Assembly: GCA_045126815.1 (NCBI GenBank)
Contig: JBGVPD010000071.1
Location: 1-60,351, forward strand
DNA: 60,351 nt
Direction: 5' to 3'
From: Eubacteriales bacterium
Lineage (GTDB): Bacteria; Bacillota; Clostridia; Oscillospirales; CAG-272
Within the stretch, counting starts at the first letter, position 1. Every line of letters starts with the position of its first letter. The notes under the pieces are model-generated. The model had not been told where the DNA came from and ran no database searches. It saw only the letters and a list, made by a program, of their open reading frames with translations. The translations under genes and the position numbers were made by a program. Shown piece after piece: positions 56,964 to 60,351 of the stretch.

Positions 56964-58533
56964 TATAAAGAGAGACCAGGAGCGGGACGAGTTATTCCGT
57001 ACCATATATAAAATAGCCACCGACCTGGTTCACGCAGGCCACGTAGCGGAATGGGATTTCAAGTCTTATGTTCTCGGTACAATGTTCTACCGCTATATCT
57101 CCGAGAATTTCACCGCTTACATAAATGCCGGTGAACACGCAGCCGGAAACACCGATTTTGATTATGCAAAAATGTCGGATGAGGATGCAGAGCCTGCCCG
57201 TGATGGACTTGTGCAGGAAAAAGGCTTCTTTATTCTGCCCTCTGAACTGTTCTGCAACGTACGCGTCCGTGCCGACAAGGATGAAAACCTCAATGAGACC
57301 TTGGAACGTGTATTTGCCCATATTGAGAGTAGTGCCGCCAGCGGTGATGCTGAGAGTGACTTTGCCGGTCTTTTTGATGATTTTGACGTTAATGCAAAAG
57401 CTATCGGTGAGACCGTTGCCAAGAGAAATAAAGTTCTTGCGGAATTGCTCCACGGTGTTGCCAGAATGCCTCTGTTTTCTACCGAAGGCATCAACCCCGA
57501 TCTGTTCGGTGATGCCTATGAATATCTAATGGGTATGTATGCCGCCAACGCAGGAAAAAAAGGTGGTCAGTATTTTACCCCGGCAGATGTATCCGAACTG
57601 CTTGCCCGTCTCGGCACCATCGGTAAAACACGCATCAACAAAGTATATGACCCCGCCTGTGGTTCCGGTTCGCTTCTGCTCAAGGTAGAAAAAGTTCTCG
57701 GCAAGGATAATATCGAGCGTGGTTTTTACGGTCAGGAGATCGACCTTACCACCTATAACCTTTGCCGTATCAATATGTTCCTCCATAACATTGAATTCGA
57801 TAAGTTCAATATCGTTCGTGAGGACACCCTGCTCACTCCTATGCATTGGGATGACCAGCCCTTTGAACTGATCGTTTCCAATCCACCTTTCTCCGTTCCG
57901 TGGGAAGGGGATAAGAATCCTCTCCTTATTAACGATCCTCGCTTCTCTCCGGCAGGTGTTCTTGCTCCTGCATCCAAGGGAGATATGGCTTTTATTATGC
58001 ACAGCCTTTCCTGGCTTGCCAATAACGGTGCTGCCGCTATCGTTTGTTTCCCCGGTATTATGTACCGTAGCGGTGCGGAGCAGAAGATCCGAAAATACCT
58101 GGTTGATAACAACTATGTGGATGCCATCATTCAGTTACCGTCCAATCTGTTCCTCAACGTCACAATTTCCGTTGACATTATGCTCCTGCGCAAAAACAAG
58201 ATCGACAACTCCATCCTTTTTGTAGACGCGTCCGGTGAGTTTGTCAAGGTAACAAAAAACAACCGTCTTTCCGAAGAGAATATCAGCCGCATCGTTTCCG
58301 CTGTTGCCGAAAGAAAGGATGTGGAGCATTTCTGCACCCTCGTATCGAATGATGTGGTCGGCAGCAAGGAGAATACCTATAACCTTTCTGTTTCCACTTA
58401 TGTAGAGGCAGAGGATACTCGTGAGAAAATCGATATCGTTCAACTGAATGCTGAAATCGCGGAGATCGTGGCTCGTGAGCAGGTTCTCCGTTCGGAGATT
58501 GATAAGATTATTGCGGAGATTGAAGGAGAATAA
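56956..58533 (+). CDS. hsdM: Type I R-M methyltransferase subunit M
   Basis: GQYFTP, YDPACGSGSLL, SNPPF (m6A), FPGIMYR. Confidence 0.96.
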   Translation: MADIKRDQERDELFRTIYKIATDLVHAGHVAEWDFKSYVLGTMFYRYISENFTAYINAGEHAAGNTDFDYAKMSDEDAEPARDGLVQEKGFFILPSELFCNVRVRADKDENLNETLERVFAHIESSAASGDAESDFAGLFDDFDVNAKAIGETVAKRNKVLAELLHGVARMPLFSTEGINPDLFGDAYEYLMGMYAANAGKKGGQYFTPADVSELLARLGTIGKTRINKVYDPACGSGSLLLKVEKVLGKDNIERGFYGQEIDLTTYNLCRINMFLHNIEFDKFNIVREDTLLTPMHWDDQPFELIVSNPPFSVPWEGDKNPLLINDPRFSPAGVLAPASKGDMAFIMHSLSWLANNGAAAIVCFPGIMYRSGAEQKIRKYLVDNNYVDAIIQLPSNLFLNVTISVDIMLLRKNKIDNSILFVDASGEFVKVTKNNRLSEENISRIVSAVAERKDVEHFCTLVSNDVVGSKENTYNLSVSTYVEAEDTREKIDIVQLNAEIAEIVAREQVLRSEIDKIIAEIEGE

Positions 58534-58534
58534 T

Positions 58535-59317
58535 ATGCCCCTTGTTCTAAAAAATCATACGGGAAATTTGTCGATATTAAAACACAATACACTCCCTATG
58601 ATAAAAACCGGAGAATTTGATTTTTATCGATGCATACAGTTTAGCGAGAACTTGTACGGAAAAACCGTCAGTGAATTGCATGCAGGGAATTTGCGTTTAA
58701 GCCGATCTGATAATCGTTATTCCAACTTGTTTCCCGGGCAGAAACTTTCATATTGGGCTGACAGTCCCAACACTGCGATGGCAGAAGCGAGAAAATGGGG
58801 AGCAAATAAGAATCTGCTGACTTTCTGGGCTTATGATGATGGAAGTAGTTTTATACCAACCGTATACCCGCCACTGGAACTGCAGATTATTGACGGAACA
58901 CAACTTGAGTTCAACAAAATACTAAAAAAGCTTGAAAAGCATGAGAGTTTAACAAAAGCAGATCGGGAGTTAATAGATGATATAGCATGTCAAGAACCCG
59001 ATTGTCTTGCGTATGAATCGGAAGCTCAAAAAGGTGGTACAAACTTCTTGTTTTTTGAACATGGATTCAAGAAGTTATCCATTAGAGAAGTTTGGCTAAG
59101 ACTGGGAGAACGTGTTGGACAAAATCATAACAAAATCGTTTGTGCTACTTCAAGCGATTATACGCCGCATCTTTCTTCTTACGGCAATATGTTTTTGCCC
59201 ATTGCGAGAATAGGCAATAGTTCTACATATACCGATTCAGATGAATATCACTTAAGGATGCAAGTGGTGATTGATAAGGCTGAGAGATTAGTAGGTGAAT
59301 ATAGTGACAAAACTTGA
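58535..59317 (+). CDS. RES-domain protein inserted between hsdM and hsdS
   Basis: FYRC; NRYS..SYWADSPNTAMAE; LAYES..GGTNFLFF match the R-E-S pattern; starts 1 nt after the hsdM stop. Confidence 0.65.
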   Translation: MPLVLKNHTGNLSILKHNTLPMIKTGEFDFYRCIQFSENLYGKTVSELHAGNLRLSRSDNRYSNLFPGQKLSYWADSPNTAMAEARKWGANKNLLTFWAYDDGSSFIPTVYPPLELQIIDGTQLEFNKILKKLEKHESLTKADRELIDDIACQEPDCLAYESEAQKGGTNFLFFEHGFKKLSIREVWLRLGERVGQNHNKIVCATSSDYTPHLSSYGNMFLPIARIGNSSTYTDSDEYHLRMQVVIDKAERLVGEYSDKT

Positions 59318-60351
59318 ACAACTGATAAACGAACTCTGCCCAAACGGAGTGGAACACGTTACATTAGGTTCTGTTTGTGAAATTGGCAAAGGTGTACAAT
59401 TTAATAAAGTTGATATGAATGATGAGGGAACGTATCCAGTAATCAATGGAGGCATTAACCCATCAGGATATATTGAACAATATAATCAAGTCGAAAACAC
59501 GATTACTATTTCACAGGGCGGTGCATCCGCTGGATATGTAAATTGGTTGACGGTAAAATTTTGGGCTGGAGCTCATTGTTATATTGTTAAACCGAGCTAT
59601 AAACTTCTCAACAGATACGCCTACCACTTCATTAAGTCTCAAGAATATAAACTTCAAGAATGTCAATACGGAGCTGGCATCCCAGCTTTGGCAAAATCAA
59701 CAGTTGCCGATTTATTAATCCCCGTACCTCCCCTTGAAGTACAGCGTGAAATTGTTCGTATACTGGACAATTTCACGGAGCTTACAGCGGAGCTTACAGC
59801 GGAGCTTACAGCGAGAAAAGATCAATATGCCTATTATCAAAATCTCCTGCTGTCACGCTCTGTCGGAGAAGAACATACTCTTTCCGATTGCTGTGTATCC
59901 ATAGCAGACGGCGACCATCAGCCCCCTCCTAAAGCTGATGAGGGAGTTCCGTTTATCACAATCTCCAATTTATCAGGAAACGGCATTGATTTCACAGATA
60001 CCAAATTCGTGCCACAGGAATATTACGATAGTCTTGATGACAAGCGACGTGCAAAAAAAGATGATATCTTATACTCCGTGGTTGGAACTTTCGGTATCCC
60101 TGTCCATATCACAGAGGACAAGCCGTTCATTTTCCAGCGGCATATTGCAATCCTGCGCCCCAATACAGAGATGATTGCACCACGATATTTATACCATGTA
60201 ATGAAAAGCGATGCCTTTTACAAAAAGGCCGATGCCGCCGCAATAGGCGCAGCACAGCGTACCATCAGCCTGACCGCGCTGAATCGCATGAAAATCACCG
60301 TGCCGAGTATGGATGTTCAAGAACGCCTTGTCCGTGTCCTCGACAACTTCG
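59304..60351 (+). CDS. hsdS: Type IC R-M specificity subunit S (3' truncated)
   Basis: GTG start, TKLEQLINELCPNGVE; IPVPPLEVQREIVRILDNFTELTAELTAELTARK.QY; second TRD runs to the window end. Confidence 0.92.
   Translation, partial: MTKLEQLINELCPNGVEHVTLGSVCEIGKGVQFNKVDMNDEGTYPVINGGINPSGYIEQYNQVENTITISQGGASAGYVNWLTVKFWAGAHCYIVKPSYKLLNRYAYHFIKSQEYKLQECQYGAGIPALAKSTVADLLIPVPPLEVQREIVRILDNFTELTAELTAELTARKDQYAYYQNLLLSRSVGEEHTLSDCCVSIADGDHQPPPKADEGVPFITISNLSGNGIDFTDTKFVPQEYYDSLDDKRRAKKDDILYSVVGTFGIPVHITEDKPFIFQRHIAILRPNTEMIAPRYLYHVMKSDAFYKKADAAAIGAAQRTISLTALNRMKITVPSMDVQERLVRVLDNF
59777..59812 (+). repeat. 3 x 12-bp GGAGCTTACAGC (TAEL spacer repeat)
   Basis: Three perfect tandem copies in the hsdS central conserved region. 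Confidence 0.95.

Larger units (their letters stand above)
48424..60351. mobile_element. Integrated element downstream of tRNA-Ser (satellite-like with defence cargo), truncated by the window end
   Basis: Switch from housekeeping genes to two large serine recombinases, a capsid gene, an Xis-like HTH and type I R-M; left boundary approximate. Confidence 0.8.

Noticed and set aside
48424-60351. Complete prophage or conjugative element
   Set aside because: No terminase, portal, tail, lysin, relaxase or T4SS genes are visible in the window; sequence beyond the edge cannot be assessed.

Overview
Low-GC Clostridia-type (spore-forming Firmicute) chromosomal window. About 1.2-48.4 kb is mostly housekeeping: rpsB-tsf, prfB, alaS, rpmB, acpP, deoC, coaX, folT-folC, thiT, feoAB, sigG, rarA and comEC, plus 6S RNA, TPP and THF riboswitches and tRNA-Ser(GCT). 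This part also holds an adjacent dockerin-glucosaminidase/membrane-anchored cohesin pair and a Shango-like TerB+ATPase pair that lacks its helicase. Downstream of tRNA-Ser an integrated element begins and runs off the right edge. It carries a 36-aa hydrophobic peptide plus a HEPN-motif protein, two large serine recombinases and a lone HK97-type major capsid gene with no visible portal, protease, terminase or tail genes. It also has an excisionase-like HTH, about 0.9 kb of non-coding repeated cis-signals (three promoter-like modules and three ~95-bp covarying palindromes), and a type IC R-M locus with a RES-domain gene inserted between hsdM and hsdS. My best candidate for a novel system is this minimal capsid-only phage-satellite-like element with defence cargo. 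The first 1.1 kb looks like the end of another accessory cassette. All protein family calls come from motif recognition by eye; no database searches were run.
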